From a virus, in the IMG/VR virus record IMGVR_UViG_3300012936_000005, positions 1 through 64,000 of that record: a DNA stretch of 64,000 nucleotides. The stretch is one strand, 5' to 3'. Below are positions 8,792 to 19,099 of the stretch, one piece after another. A program made the position numbers and the translations under genes. The notes beneath the pieces are model-generated. The model did no database searches. It saw only the letters and a list, made by a program, of their open reading frames with translations, and had not been told where the DNA came from. How positions within the stretch are numbered: position 1 is the first letter of the stretch; each line of letters starts with the position of its first letter.

Positions 8792-9237
8792 CTGGTCATA
8801 CAAGCGGCTTTGGAAAACATATTGCCAAAGAATGCAAAGAACTAGGACACGTTGTTAAAGGTTATAGTAGAGCAACAGGATATGATTTACATTTTGATAT
8901 AGAAAAAGTATTTGAAAATAAGATGGATTGTATGATAAATTGTGCAGATATCGGCAACGCCCAAGTTAATATTAGTATAAGAGCATATCGTAACAAAATT
9001 AAATGTATTAATATTGGCAGTAAAATTACAGAAGCAAAGGTTACAGATCATTGGGATATTATAAAAAAGGACAATAAAATTACACTAGAACATATGAGTA
9101 AAAAATTTAAGCAACCTTATCTCACATGGGGATTTACTAAAGGAAATCCTATATTGGAAAGTAATCCACAACTATTAGAAACAATCACTATTGATGATGC
9201 AGTAAAGGAAGTAATTAATGAGCTGGCACTTACATAA
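8770..9237 (+). CDS. short SDR/Rossmann-fold protein, apparently degenerate
   Basis: ITGHTSGFG, INCA, INIGS; no YxxxK; ATG at 8770 after AGGAGG. Confidence 0.7.
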   Translation: MGLTIGITGHTSGFGKHIAKECKELGHVVKGYSRATGYDLHFDIEKVFENKMDCMINCADIGNAQVNISIRAYRNKIKCINIGSKITEAKVTDHWDIIKKDNKITLEHMSKKFKQPYLTWGFTKGNPILESNPQLLETITIDDAVKEVINELALT

Positions 9238-9841
9238 TATAATTGCTCAATACGGAGATTTCCTACACTTGAAGCAACCAAAAATAAATTGCAGTCAAGT
9301 CCTAGAAGAATTAAAAAACTATGAATGGATAAAATATAATCCTGATAAACCAAATATTCCTAGAGACTGTATCAATGTTACTAGTTTAGATGGCAGTTTA
9401 GAAGGCTTTACAGGCACACTAATGGTACAAGGAGTAAATGCAGATAGCGATTTTAAGACTCCAACTGAAGTATATGAAAGTAGTAAGACCATACAAAAAT
9501 TATTAGAACCTTGGAAACCTTATTTAGGAAGAACACAATTTTTAAGATTGCCGCCAGGAGGATATTTTCCACCTCATCATGATGGTGGTAAAAAAGGTGC
9601 TCCAGATACTTTTAGATTAATTGTACCAATTGAAAATGCAAATCCTCCTGGATTTTGCTGGATGTATGGTGACGAAAATAATTACAAACCATTACAATGG
9701 GAAACAGGTAAATTATACTATCTTAACACAAACAAAAAACATTGGTTGTTTAATGCAAGTGCAAATGATAGTATATGGCTTACCTTGAATATATCAGCAT
9801 GTGACGAAACTGTACATATGATTAGGAGTTTCGTTCAATGA
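9218..9841 (+). CDS. Fe(II)/2OG oxygenase, Asp/Asn beta-hydroxylase-like
   Basis: LRLPPGGYFPPHHD, FRLIVP, LNTNKKHWLFN. Confidence 0.75.
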   Translation: MSWHLHNIIAQYGDFLHLKQPKINCSQVLEELKNYEWIKYNPDKPNIPRDCINVTSLDGSLEGFTGTLMVQGVNADSDFKTPTEVYESSKTIQKLLEPWKPYLGRTQFLRLPPGGYFPPHHDGGKKGAPDTFRLIVPIENANPPGFCWMYGDENNYKPLQWETGKLYYLNTNKKHWLFNASANDSIWLTLNISACDETVHMIRSFVQ

Positions 9842-10299
9842 TACCATATTTTGTTCCTGTAGATTTTATAAGCAAAGAAGATGTAGAGTTTTTAGAAAAC
9901 TTAGTACAATCAGATGAGGCAGATTTTAAAGCATATGATACTGTAAGCGGAAAAAAAGATGGTAATCTATGCTGGGATATAAACTTAGATTATTTTAACA
10001 GATTTAATTTGAACAGCTATACATTCTTTGTTCATCAAGAACCTTTTAGTAAAGTTATTTCTCATATAGATAATCCTAAATGGAAAAGAAATACTGTATT
10101 AATAATTCCACTGCTATGGCATAGAAATTATGCTCCATGCTATTTTGAGGATGGTCCTGTTATAGAATTTAGAACTCCTTATCTTTTTAATACACAATTA
10201 CCACACTATGTAAATAATAACGAATACCCAAGATATAATTTTCAAATATGTTTTGAAGAACCAATAGAGGAAGTTGCAAAATGTTTAATCCCCAAATGA
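9838..10299 (+). CDS. small Fe(II)/2OG oxygenase-like (DSBH) protein
   Basis: HID...FNTQLPHYV...R. Confidence 0.65.
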   Translation: MIPYFVPVDFISKEDVEFLENLVQSDEADFKAYDTVSGKKDGNLCWDINLDYFNRFNLNSYTFFVHQEPFSKVISHIDNPKWKRNTVLIIPLLWHRNYAPCYFEDGPVIEFRTPYLFNTQLPHYVNNNEYPRYNFQICFEEPIEEVAKCLIPK

Positions 10300-11033
10300 C
10301 CGAAGGTTTTGTTCACTGTGATCCTATAAGTGATACAAAAGAACTTACTACTTTATTTTATAACATGACTGAAGAAATTTGGCCTGATCTAAGTTTTGGT
10401 GACCAAACTTATCTAAATGTTTATATGCAACGTCCAAAAGATCTAATGAGTAAGAGAGACATATATAATGGCCTACGTGGGTTTGATATGAAAGAAGAAT
10501 CTAATTGGTTAAATTATGTTACAGAAACACAATATAAAACTGGTGTGCTTTATTATGTAAAACTACGTAAAGAGAATGCAAGAATAGAAGACCATCAATG
10601 GTTGAACATATACTGTTTTGTACACAATGATTTTAGAGAACTAGGAAACAAATATTGGAAAGAACTTGAACAAGCAATACCAGATCTAAGAAGTAATTAT
10701 TGGTTTAGTTATATGGAACATGACTGCGAATTTCAATGGCACACAGATGGTGATACAGGATTTAGATATCATCATGTATTGAATAACGACGGTGAAGGTA
10801 TTACTAGTAGTATTGAAACTAGTGACGGAAGTGTGTTCCGTAAACCGGGTGAAGCATTTATCCTTAACACAGCTAAGCCTCATTGTGTGGTACCAGCTAA
10901 AAGTGTAAGACTTCATGCTGTTGCAAGTGTTAATGGTCCGAAAAGCACAAGAAAAGATCACAACAATCAATGGCTAGAAGATACAAACACAACTTGGAAG
11001 GATTGGGAGCGTGAACACGGTTATAGTACTTGA
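10281..11033 (+). CDS. Fe(II)/2OG oxygenase-like protein
   Basis: WHTD...LNTAKPHCV...RLH. Confidence 0.65.
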   Translation: MFNPQMTEGFVHCDPISDTKELTTLFYNMTEEIWPDLSFGDQTYLNVYMQRPKDLMSKRDIYNGLRGFDMKEESNWLNYVTETQYKTGVLYYVKLRKENARIEDHQWLNIYCFVHNDFRELGNKYWKELEQAIPDLRSNYWFSYMEHDCEFQWHTDGDTGFRYHHVLNNDGEGITSSIETSDGSVFRKPGEAFILNTAKPHCVVPAKSVRLHAVASVNGPKSTRKDHNNQWLEDTNTTWKDWEREHGYST

Positions 11034-11532
11034 TAGCATATTTGACAAAGACTATCTACAACAACTAGACGAACTTTGCAAGGGAGAACTTTTACAATTA
11101 GATAGTGAAACAGGATCACATGTAGGCGAATATACAGACTACGAATGGCAAATGATTAAAAATGATATTAGGACTTCTCCACACAGACTAAAATTATTAA
11201 ACGAAATAGGTGAACATATTGGTAAAAGTTTACCTACAAAAGATTTAGAACCTATGCAACTGTTTGCAAAAAAGTTTACTCCTAGTAGTCGTATAGGCAA
11301 GCACAAAGAAGATCCAGAAGTATATGGCGACTGGGTATGGATGCTTTATCTTACAGACGAAACTGATGGAGAACTATGTACAGAAGATATGCGTATATTG
11401 CCAAAACGCAACAGACTTGTAATAATGCGTACAGGGTTTGACCATTGGGTAGAACCATGTACTGGCGAAAGACTTAATCTTAGTGGTTGGCCATTCATTA
11501 CAAAACAAGTGAGAGAAAGATGGAAAAATTAG
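11011..11532 (+). CDS. Fe(II)/2OG oxygenase (prolyl hydroxylase-like)
   Basis: HKE(D), MLYL, GEL, PKRNRLVI, HWV, RLNLS. Confidence 0.8.
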   Translation: MNTVIVLDSIFDKDYLQQLDELCKGELLQLDSETGSHVGEYTDYEWQMIKNDIRTSPHRLKLLNEIGEHIGKSLPTKDLEPMQLFAKKFTPSSRIGKHKEDPEVYGDWVWMLYLTDETDGELCTEDMRILPKRNRLVIMRTGFDHWVEPCTGERLNLSGWPFITKQVRERWKN

Positions 11533-12140
11533 ATAATTTTTTACAAAATACAAAGAACTTTAATTTTTGCCAACGTAACTGGAACTATGATAAAATTATA
11601 GATAAAGAAACTATTGAAAAACTTTTAGATATTGGACACGCCACTCCAACAAAACAAAGTTTACAAAATTTTACGCTAATAGCAATTACCAATAGGAATA
11701 TAATAAAACATTTAGAAAAAGCTAGTGTAAGTGATGACGATTGGGAAGGAGATCATAAAAAAAGAGTGGAAGCAGGACAAGTTCAAAATCCGCAAGTAAA
11801 TGCAAACGTATTATTTGTTTATATACGTAATGAAAAAATTTCTGAAAATCAAACTACTGTTGGTATTGAAATAGGCATTTCTGCGGGAGCTTTAGGATTA
11901 GCGGCAAATGAAATTGGTCTTAGAACAGGATTATGTAGATGCATAGATAAAGAACTAATTGACCCAAATCTTTTTGCTAGTTATAATTTACATGTAAATA
12001 ATATTGTGTTATTTTTAGGAGTAGGATATCCATTGCATACTAAAGACTTTATAAAGTTACCAAAACATACTGTACACAATAATATAGATTTTTATAATAG
12101 ATCATATCCTAAACAGCCACATACGAGAATAATTATATAA
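11520..12140 (+). CDS. nitroreductase-family flavoprotein
   Basis: QRNW, ATPTKQ, IGISAGALGLAANEIGLRTG, LGVGY; paralogue of 21355. Confidence 0.75.
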   Translation: MEKLDNFLQNTKNFNFCQRNWNYDKIIDKETIEKLLDIGHATPTKQSLQNFTLIAITNRNIIKHLEKASVSDDDWEGDHKKRVEAGQVQNPQVNANVLFVYIRNEKISENQTTVGIEIGISAGALGLAANEIGLRTGLCRCIDKELIDPNLFASYNLHVNNIVLFLGVGYPLHTKDFIKLPKHTVHNNIDFYNRSYPKQPHTRIII

Positions 12141-12616
12141 TGGAAAGAAAAAGATTTTATAACAACAGTCTAACTAGAAAGGGAAATACAGTTATCAAAG
12201 AAAGTCAGTGGCCTGTAGATAAAGAGGCGCTTGATATATTGATAGCAGAAAAACCAAACTTTCTTCCAACAATATTAGAGTATGATAGTAATTCAATTGT
12301 TTATGAATACGTTGAAGGTATATCTGTTGGAAAATATTTAAAAGACATAAAAGCTAATGCACAAGATATGGTTGAAATTTATGTTCAAATAAATGATATT
12401 TGGAAGAACTTTTTAGAACTTTCTAAAAAATATTGTAATGGTAAAATGATTTACCATAATGATCTCCATTTATATAATATGATATATTCACAAGGTAAAG
12501 TTATTTTAACAGATATAGATAGTATAACAATTTCAAACCATGTAAGTTTCCAAACCACACACAGTTATCTATTTCACCAAATGGAAGAAATATTATATGC
12601 TAGAATTCAAAAATAA
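12140..12616 (+). CDS. small protein-kinase-fold phosphotransferase-like protein
   Basis: VIKE, YEYVEG, HNDLHLYNM, LTDID. Confidence 0.65.
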   Translation: MERKRFYNNSLTRKGNTVIKESQWPVDKEALDILIAEKPNFLPTILEYDSNSIVYEYVEGISVGKYLKDIKANAQDMVEIYVQINDIWKNFLELSKKYCNGKMIYHNDLHLYNMIYSQGKVILTDIDSITISNHVSFQTTHSYLFHQMEEILYARIQK

Positions 12617-13142
12617 AATATTATTACACATTCCTAAATGTGCAGGAACAAGTATTCTGACAGCTCTTAAACTTGATGTTTGGAATGGTGACAATCACTA
12701 CAATGAAAATTATGATGTGCGTATTCACTACAATGATACTCAGCAAACACACATACCTGCAAAAGATATTAAAATAGACAAGCCAAAGGTTGCATTTGTA
12801 AGAAACCCTTGGGACAGAACAGTTTCAAGGTATTGGTATTGCAAAAAAAGGTACAAAGTACAAGAAACTTTTGAAGAGTTTGTGCAACAAAAAATAATGA
12901 AAGTAGATTACGACTGGGGTCCTCCTAGCTGGAGGTGTCAAAGTGATTGGTTAGATGAAAATACAGTTTTCTACAAAATAGAAGACGGTATAGAAAAAGT
13001 TTTACATAATGAATTTGGTGTTGACATAAAATTGCCAATAATTAACGGAATGAAAATTAATAATTATAAAATTGAAGATAAAAACACATATAATTTAATT
13101 GCTCAGTATTATGACAAAGATATAAAACTATTTAATTATTAA
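12597..13142 (+). CDS. sulfotransferase-family protein
   Basis: PAPS-binding motifs HIPKCAGTS and FVRNPWDRTVS. Confidence 0.85.
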   Translation: MLEFKNKILLHIPKCAGTSILTALKLDVWNGDNHYNENYDVRIHYNDTQQTHIPAKDIKIDKPKVAFVRNPWDRTVSRYWYCKKRYKVQETFEEFVQQKIMKVDYDWGPPSWRCQSDWLDENTVFYKIEDGIEKVLHNEFGVDIKLPIINGMKINNYKIEDKNTYNLIAQYYDKDIKLFNY

Positions 13143-13713
13143 ATACGTTGTGTAAAGTTTCCCAATTATATTCTGTATTACACACAAAACTTATTAAAGC
13201 TCTTTCTTTTTGTGGTGGCTGAACTTTGTGCCATACCGCAGTATTTAATAATACTGGAAGTTCTTTTACAGTAATCTTATCTAAAAATTTCCATTTTATA
13301 CTTTTTGCTTTTTCTGGATTGGTATAAAAGATTCTTGGATCGTTTATTTCACAATTAGGCTCTTCCCATATAGTATCGCAATCACCTGTTCCGTAAATTG
13401 GAAAATTTAAAACCGCTGTTATTTGTTTTCCTTTTGGTATAAGACTATATTGTCCTTGAACATTTACATCAAGGTGATGATGCACATGTTCTCCTGGTTT
13501 AATAATTAATATTCTAAAATGTCCGCTTAAATATTTTTTGTAATTTTTTAAAGGTTCTAATATTTTTATGTGTTCATCTATTTTTAAAATGGGAACAGGT
13601 TTAGATTCTGTGATTTCGCAATCTTTTTTATAAGTGTCTACAATTTCCTTTGCATAGTCTTGCCAGGCAGATGTAACACCTATATTACATTCTAAAAAAT
13701 ATTCATTAAACAT
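13132..13713 (-). CDS. Fe(II)/2OG oxygenase-like protein
   Basis: KPGEHVHHHLD, LNFPI, LNTAVWHKV, R. Confidence 0.7.
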   Translation of the reverse strand: MFNEYFLECNIGVTSAWQDYAKEIVDTYKKDCEITESKPVPILKIDEHIKILEPLKNYKKYLSGHFRILIIKPGEHVHHHLDVNVQGQYSLIPKGKQITAVLNFPIYGTGDCDTIWEEPNCEINDPRIFYTNPEKAKSIKWKFLDKITVKELPVLLNTAVWHKVQPPQKERALISFVCNTEYNWETLHNVFNN

Positions 13714-14317
13714 TTTCTAAATCATCTGTACCATTAAGACTAAACATAAGAGCAATTCTAGGTTTGCTACTCATGTTTACAACGGCATGTGGATATCCAA
13801 TGTTAAGGAAATAAGCATTTCCGTTATCTAAATTATATGCTTCTAGTTTACCTTCACGTTTAAATAAATTTATTACTTGTTTGTCTCCGTAAATAGGTAC
13901 AATACATCTAACAGCATAACTTACATCATAGTCAACATGGAACGGGATATTTTTTCCTGGAGCAAGTTTCGTAATTCTAATTCTGCTTGCTGGTGCTTTT
14001 AGTTGTGTAATTATTTTTTCAAAATAACTTCCTGTGTAATCTTCTGTAGGCACATTATATAAATGTTCTTCTTTACGTTTTAATCTTTCCTTAATACTTG
14101 CAGTATAGGGTAATATTTCACTAGGTGTAGTCAAATTAATTTGTTCAAAGTTATCATAAACATGAGCAACTAATTCCATATGGTTATCACACAACATTGG
14201 ATTTGCTGTTTTTACATCAACAAATTTTCCTGCAAGTGTGTCACAAGCATCTTGTAATTGTTTTAGGTCAATATCTAAATTGTAATTATGTATACTAGGT
14301 AAGTGTTTCTTATTCAT
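13706..14317 (-). CDS. Fe(II)/2OG oxygenase, Asp/Asn beta-hydroxylase-like
   Basis: RIRITKLAPG..IPFHVD, RCIVP, PHAVVN, R. Confidence 0.8.
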   Translation of the reverse strand: MNKKHLPSIHNYNLDIDLKQLQDACDTLAGKFVDVKTANPMLCDNHMELVAHVYDNFEQINLTTPSEILPYTASIKERLKRKEEHLYNVPTEDYTGSYFEKIITQLKAPASRIRITKLAPGKNIPFHVDYDVSYAVRCIVPIYGDKQVINLFKREGKLEAYNLDNGNAYFLNIGYPHAVVNMSSKPRIALMFSLNGTDDLENV

Positions 14318-14942
14318 TAATTAGTCCTTTCCATTTACAATACCTTACATAATTTTCCCATGTATTGTAAGGCCAAAGCAAAAAACTTGCTATTTTTCTT
14401 GGTTGATTATGGCTTGATTCAATTCTATGCCAGTTGCCAATGTTAAGTAAAACAGCATCTTTTTTTGTTTCAAATTTATCTATAATTTCGAATTCTTCTG
14501 TATCATTGCGTGGCAAATTTCTTTTGTCCCAGCTTTTATACTTATTAAGTTGTTTGTCAAATCCAAAAAATGTTATATCTCCTACAGGTTCACTAAGCAA
14601 AATATTTACAGCCGCCGGACAAGTCATATGTTGGGGAATTTCATTATGGATATTATGTTTATTATTATCAATATGGTATCCATATAATTCTCCAGGCATC
14701 ATCTGCATAATTTTAAAATGATCTAAAAATGCATCTTCAAAAATATTAAACATATTTAAAAGTCCGTCAAGTTTTAAATCTTTGACTACTTTTTTTGAAA
14801 CATAATAAACATTTTCATCAAATACTTTGCAGTCCATTTTGTCTTTGTATTCTTGCGATAAATCATTCCATATGTTATCAATATAATTAAGATCAGTTCT
14901 TAAAGAGTCCGAATCAATATTTAAATTGTATGCACTTCTCAT
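14310..14942 (-). CDS. Fe(II)/2OG oxygenase-like protein
   Basis: MPGELYGYHID, WHRI, R; paralogue of 14939. Confidence 0.7.
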   Translation of the reverse strand: MRSAYNLNIDSDSLRTDLNYIDNIWNDLSQEYKDKMDCKVFDENVYYVSKKVVKDLKLDGLLNMFNIFEDAFLDHFKIMQMMPGELYGYHIDNNKHNIHNEIPQHMTCPAAVNILLSEPVGDITFFGFDKQLNKYKSWDKRNLPRNDTEEFEIIDKFETKKDAVLLNIGNWHRIESSHNQPRKIASFLLWPYNTWENYVRYCKWKGLINE

Positions 14943-15604
14943 CTTGCTAAAATAACTCCTTTTGCCTTAACTGCTTCAACAATTCCTTGCCAACTATTGT
15001 AGGGCCAAAATATAAAACAAGCACTTGATCTTGGTTGTTCTACGTCTTCGCTTATAATTGTGTGATGTGCTGATGTGTTAAACAATGTTGCCTTGTCTGT
15101 TAATCTGAATCTGTCTACTTCTTGTAGTGTAGTCATATCTTGTCCCATTGTATCAGAGGAAATATATTCGTTAACACTATCAGGAAATAAATCTCCGTTA
15201 TTTGAAAATGCCCAAGGCCATAACTTTCTAAGTTCAGGATCAATATACCATACAGTAGTATCTCCTACAGGCTTGCTAAGAAGTATGTTTACATTACCAG
15301 GATGTTGTATATCCATAGGAATATCTTTGTGAAAATTTTGTTCGTTACTATCAACATGTGGCAAATATTTTTGTCCAGGATACATATTTAGAAAACGTAT
15401 GCCATCAACAAAACCGTTGTTAAATATTTCTTTAAAATTTATAATAGCATCACAACCCTGTTGCTCGACTGTTTCATCAGAAACATAAAAGCACATATCG
15501 TCATAACCTGCATATTTGTATTTAGGATTGTTAAGATGCAGTAATTCTTCTCGTACTTGAGAGATATCTATGTTTAACTCATATGCACACGAGAACATAA
15601 TCAT
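14939..15604 (-). CDS. Fe(II)/2OG oxygenase-like protein
   Basis: YPGQKYLPHVD, FNTSAHHTI, R; shares VNILLSxPVGD and WPYNxW with 14310. Confidence 0.7.
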   Translation of the reverse strand: MIMFSCAYELNIDISQVREELLHLNNPKYKYAGYDDMCFYVSDETVEQQGCDAIINFKEIFNNGFVDGIRFLNMYPGQKYLPHVDSNEQNFHKDIPMDIQHPGNVNILLSKPVGDTTVWYIDPELRKLWPWAFSNNGDLFPDSVNEYISSDTMGQDMTTLQEVDRFRLTDKATLFNTSAHHTIISEDVEQPRSSACFIFWPYNSWQGIVEAVKAKGVILAR

Positions 15605-16193
15605 TTCCTATTTTTTCTGCCTTATATCTTTTGTCTACATAATCATAAAATTCCTGTTGATGATTATATGCACCCATTAGTATATTAGCATGATGATTAC
15701 CGTACTTGCACCAATAATTAAATTGTTTAACGTTTTCTTCTAGTAAAGGTGAAACATCAAATATTGCTAAGTCAAAACCAATTTTCCAATCATACTTAAA
15801 AGGACTAGTATCTAAAATGATGCTTACATTGTTGCAATCTTCGAATGTTTTTGCTAGTAGATTAAAATCAAAATAACCGTGATATTCTTCTGGAAAGTGT
15901 CTTTTAACACTACGCTTCCAATCTTGATCTTTTAAATCTTTATCAAGTCCTTTACTTTTATCTTGTTTTGCTTGCCCTATGCTATATTCGCCCCTGTCAG
16001 TATCTGGCATATGATTAAGTTTATGATCGTGATAACTTTGCACAGCAAAGAAATGACTATCAGGTAATAATTTACTTAACTTGTAAGTGATACCTCCGTA
16101 GTATGTTCCTATTTCTACACAGGTTTTAGGTTTTAATTTATTTGCTACCTCTTGGTGTACACTTATATTTGCACCGTCATGCATCGAATACAT
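15579..16193 (-). CDS. class I SAM-dependent methyltransferase-like protein
   Basis: VEIGTYYGG motif I; FDLAIFD. Confidence 0.65.
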   Translation of the reverse strand: MYSMHDGANISVHQEVANKLKPKTCVEIGTYYGGITYKLSKLLPDSHFFAVQSYHDHKLNHMPDTDRGEYSIGQAKQDKSKGLDKDLKDQDWKRSVKRHFPEEYHGYFDFNLLAKTFEDCNNVSIILDTSPFKYDWKIGFDLAIFDVSPLLEENVKQFNYWCKYGNHHANILMGAYNHQQEFYDYVDKRYKAEKIGNDYVLVCI

Positions 16194-16842
16194 CTTGTTT
16201 CCTTATTACTTTATCGCTATACTTACTTACGCTTTTTTCTATTAGGTCCCAGTGCTTCTTGGCATTTACTTTTCCAAGTATAAAACCAATAAGTCTATCC
16301 TCAGTATCTGCTTCAACTCCATGTGCTTGGTCTTGATTGCGTATTAAGAATGCATCTGTTTCGTCAGGCACAATACATCTATGTTTTTCTTGCCAAGTCA
16401 TATCACGTGTGTAATCATGTTCCTTACACATATACATTTTATCTTTACTACCTGCTACAACAAAACGATAACCAATTGGTTCATGAGCCATATTATATTC
16501 TAGTGTTTCAGGCATAATTGCTAGATGGTGTTTATGCGTAGGTTCTACTGCATTGCCATCAATATGCGGTGGTATCTCATGTTTTGCCCTTGCTATACGA
16601 ATATAGTAAAAGTCGTCACAAGGTATATATGTTTCAATCCAATCTATAAGTTCGGAATAATTTTCTTTTGCGTTTTTTGTCCATTCCTGAGGATTGCCTA
16701 AAGGATTGTTGTTTTCTTTTTCTCCTAGCAGTGTTTCTTCGTCCCACCAAATATAAAAATCTGGTGCATTAAATCTATCCAATATTTTTTGTTTATTTGG
16801 AATTGGTGGTATTGCTAAAGGTGTAAAAATTATATCTTTCAT
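16177..16842 (-). CDS. Fe(II)/2OG oxygenase-like protein
   Basis: IPPHID...AHGV...R. Confidence 0.6.
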   Translation of the reverse strand: MKDIIFTPLAIPPIPNKQKILDRFNAPDFYIWWDEETLLGEKENNNPLGNPQEWTKNAKENYSELIDWIETYIPCDDFYYIRIARAKHEIPPHIDGNAVEPTHKHHLAIMPETLEYNMAHEPIGYRFVVAGSKDKMYMCKEHDYTRDMTWQEKHRCIVPDETDAFLIRNQDQAHGVEADTEDRLIGFILGKVNAKKHWDLIEKSVSKYSDKVIRKQDVFDA

Positions 16843-18359
16843 TTTATATACGCAAAGGCGCTCCCTAGTTCTTTATCATCATTGTTTATTTGAAATTTTA
16901 TTCCTAATTCTTCCTGTACAGTTTTACTATGTTTCTTCATGTAAAGCAGTTCTTTTCCTCTGCCTAATTGTTTATGTAAAAAATTATAATCATATCCCTC
17001 TAATAGCATTTCATTTTCTGGCTTGAATATTCTATGTAATATATTTGTTACTTCTTCAACACAACAACTCATAAATGGCATGTCTTTTAAATTTGCAAAA
17101 AAATCCTTCATGTTATCTTTTGTTATAGTTTTGTCTATACCAAAATTATAGAAAGTATTAAAGTACCACCAGTTTAAATATATTTGTGTAATTTCCTCTA
17201 GGTCATAGCTACTACACTCATATATCATTTCGAACGTTTCTTTGTTGGGCAAAGTAATCTTTTTTGTTTTAATTTTATGCTTTGTTCTATAATCTTGTGT
17301 AGCCATAGGCGTATTAGGCAAAACATATAATGGATAAGCTCTAGCAAAATCTATTCCTAATTCTGGATGTTTGAATAAAGTATCAGCCCAACTATCAGCT
17401 GTTTCTCCTGGCAATCCTATTATAAGTTCTGAATTTACTTTTATATCTCTCAATTGATCCATAATTCTAAGAAGTTTATCAGTAGAAATATTTTTTCTTT
17501 GTATAGTATCTAATACATCTGGGGTAAGAGTTTGCAAACTTATCTTTACATTTCTTAATTTGTCGTTAAAATTATCCATTGTTAAATTCATTATGTCAGC
17601 TAGATAAGGCGATCCATTTTTTGCAAATCCCGCAAATGTAAGTAACATGTCATCACGTTTTTTATTATCGACAATATGCTGTACAAAATCTACATCTCTA
17701 GGAAATATACCATAGTTTGCATCAAGTATTTCTAAACGTTTTACCTTATCAAAACTTAAAACGTGTTCTATAGTTTCTTTTACTGCGGCATCTTTTAATT
17801 TAGTAATTTTACTACGACTTACTCCGCCCCAATCACAAAATGCACAATGATAAGGACATCCTCTATTAGTTTCAAATGCAACTGCTATATCATCTTCACG
17901 TTTCAATATGTCATCAAATATTCCATCAGTATATGGTGTAGGTATAGCATATTCACTTTCACTTGTAGGATCTAATAACTTTTCCCATTGTAATTCGCCT
18001 GGACCTGTCATATAATGATCTACATAATCACGTTTGAAATCCTCTAAATTTTCTTCTGGTACATTAGGACCACCATAAACAACAATTCCATTTGGATTGT
18101 ATTTTTTAAATATTTGTGCAATTTCATCATTTGCATTTTGATTCCAAACATAACAAGTAAGCCCAAGTATATCTGCTTGTTTTAATTTTTTGTGTGTGTC
18201 TTCGTTATCCCATTTGTTTTTATACAAAGGTTCTAAGAAATTAGTATCTTTTGCAATGTTAGGATTCTTCATACAATGAGAGATAAGGCACCCTACAGGG
18301 TATGGCACCCAATCGTGATAAACACTTGAGATAGTTCCTAGTAGCACGGTGCGAGGCAT
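16839..18359 (-). CDS. cobalamin-binding radical SAM enzyme
   Basis: N-terminal B12-binding-like domain (LGLTCYVWN, VYGGP, GPGE); ETNRGCPYHCAFC; LIIGLPGET. Confidence 0.88.
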   Translation of the reverse strand: MPRTVLLGTISSVYHDWVPYPVGCLISHCMKNPNIAKDTNFLEPLYKNKWDNEDTHKKLKQADILGLTCYVWNQNANDEIAQIFKKYNPNGIVVYGGPNVPEENLEDFKRDYVDHYMTGPGELQWEKLLDPTSESEYAIPTPYTDGIFDDILKREDDIAVAFETNRGCPYHCAFCDWGGVSRSKITKLKDAAVKETIEHVLSFDKVKRLEILDANYGIFPRDVDFVQHIVDNKKRDDMLLTFAGFAKNGSPYLADIMNLTMDNFNDKLRNVKISLQTLTPDVLDTIQRKNISTDKLLRIMDQLRDIKVNSELIIGLPGETADSWADTLFKHPELGIDFARAYPLYVLPNTPMATQDYRTKHKIKTKKITLPNKETFEMIYECSSYDLEEITQIYLNWWYFNTFYNFGIDKTITKDNMKDFFANLKDMPFMSCCVEEVTNILHRIFKPENEMLLEGYDYNFLHKQLGRGKELLYMKKHSKTVQEELGIKFQINNDDKELGSAFAYIK

Positions 18360-19099
18360 AACCTATTCACATCTCCTCTCTTAAATTTATCGTATGCAGG
18401 ATTGTCTGTGGTAGCAAGCCATACACTGTCGCTTGGTTTGAAGTTATATTCATTACAAACTTCTGTTTGTTTATCTATCAATGTTTTCCAAATATAATCA
18501 ATATCAAATTTGTTAATAATTGTTTCAGCTATACTGTTTGCATAATAATTATAATACTTGGCACTATTAGTTATAGCATCTAAACGCTGGTCTGGTTCTT
18601 TTGTAAAAATCCAACCTGTCCTAATATTACGCACTCCAAACGGTTTGCTTAAACTATAAAAAACATATTCTACATTATTTGGCAGTTCTATCTTTTTAAT
18701 TTGTGTGCTTCCTACATATGCAAGGTCAACTGCTGTTGGAATTTCAGTAGGTATATCTACAAAGTTACCGTCTATAGCACTAGGCACACTTATATAATGT
18801 ATCCTATTAGTGCCTGCTTTTGGATGAATCCATTGGTAGTCTCCACGCTCCATTGTAACTGATCTACGCTCTTTGTCAAACCACCAATCCAATCCTTGTG
18901 TGATTCCATTCATAGGATATACGTGGAAATTGGATAGATCTACAACAGGTTTTAACCACTGTTTGATGCTTGTAGAGTACTTTAAAACACCGTCTAAATC
19001 GCATTTTAAGCCCTCTACAGCGTGGTTAACGTCCGGAAGTACGTTAGTTCGTACCGCTGTACTTAGGGCTAAAATTTCACTGCAAATTTTCATGTCCAC
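18338..19099 (-). CDS. short PLP-dependent aminotransferase/decarboxylase-like protein (fold type I)
   Basis: NGITQG, VDLAY, SLSKPFG..RTGW PLP-lysine motif. Confidence 0.7.
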   Translation of the reverse strand: MDMKICSEILALSTAVRTNVLPDVNHAVEGLKCDLDGVLKYSTSIKQWLKPVVDLSNFHVYPMNGITQGLDWWFDKERRSVTMERGDYQWIHPKAGTNRIHYISVPSAIDGNFVDIPTEIPTAVDLAYVGSTQIKKIELPNNVEYVFYSLSKPFGVRNIRTGWIFTKEPDQRLDAITNSAKYYNYYANSIAETIINKFDIDYIWKTLIDKQTEVCNEYNFKPSDSVWLATTDNPAYDKFKRGDVNRLCLAPCY

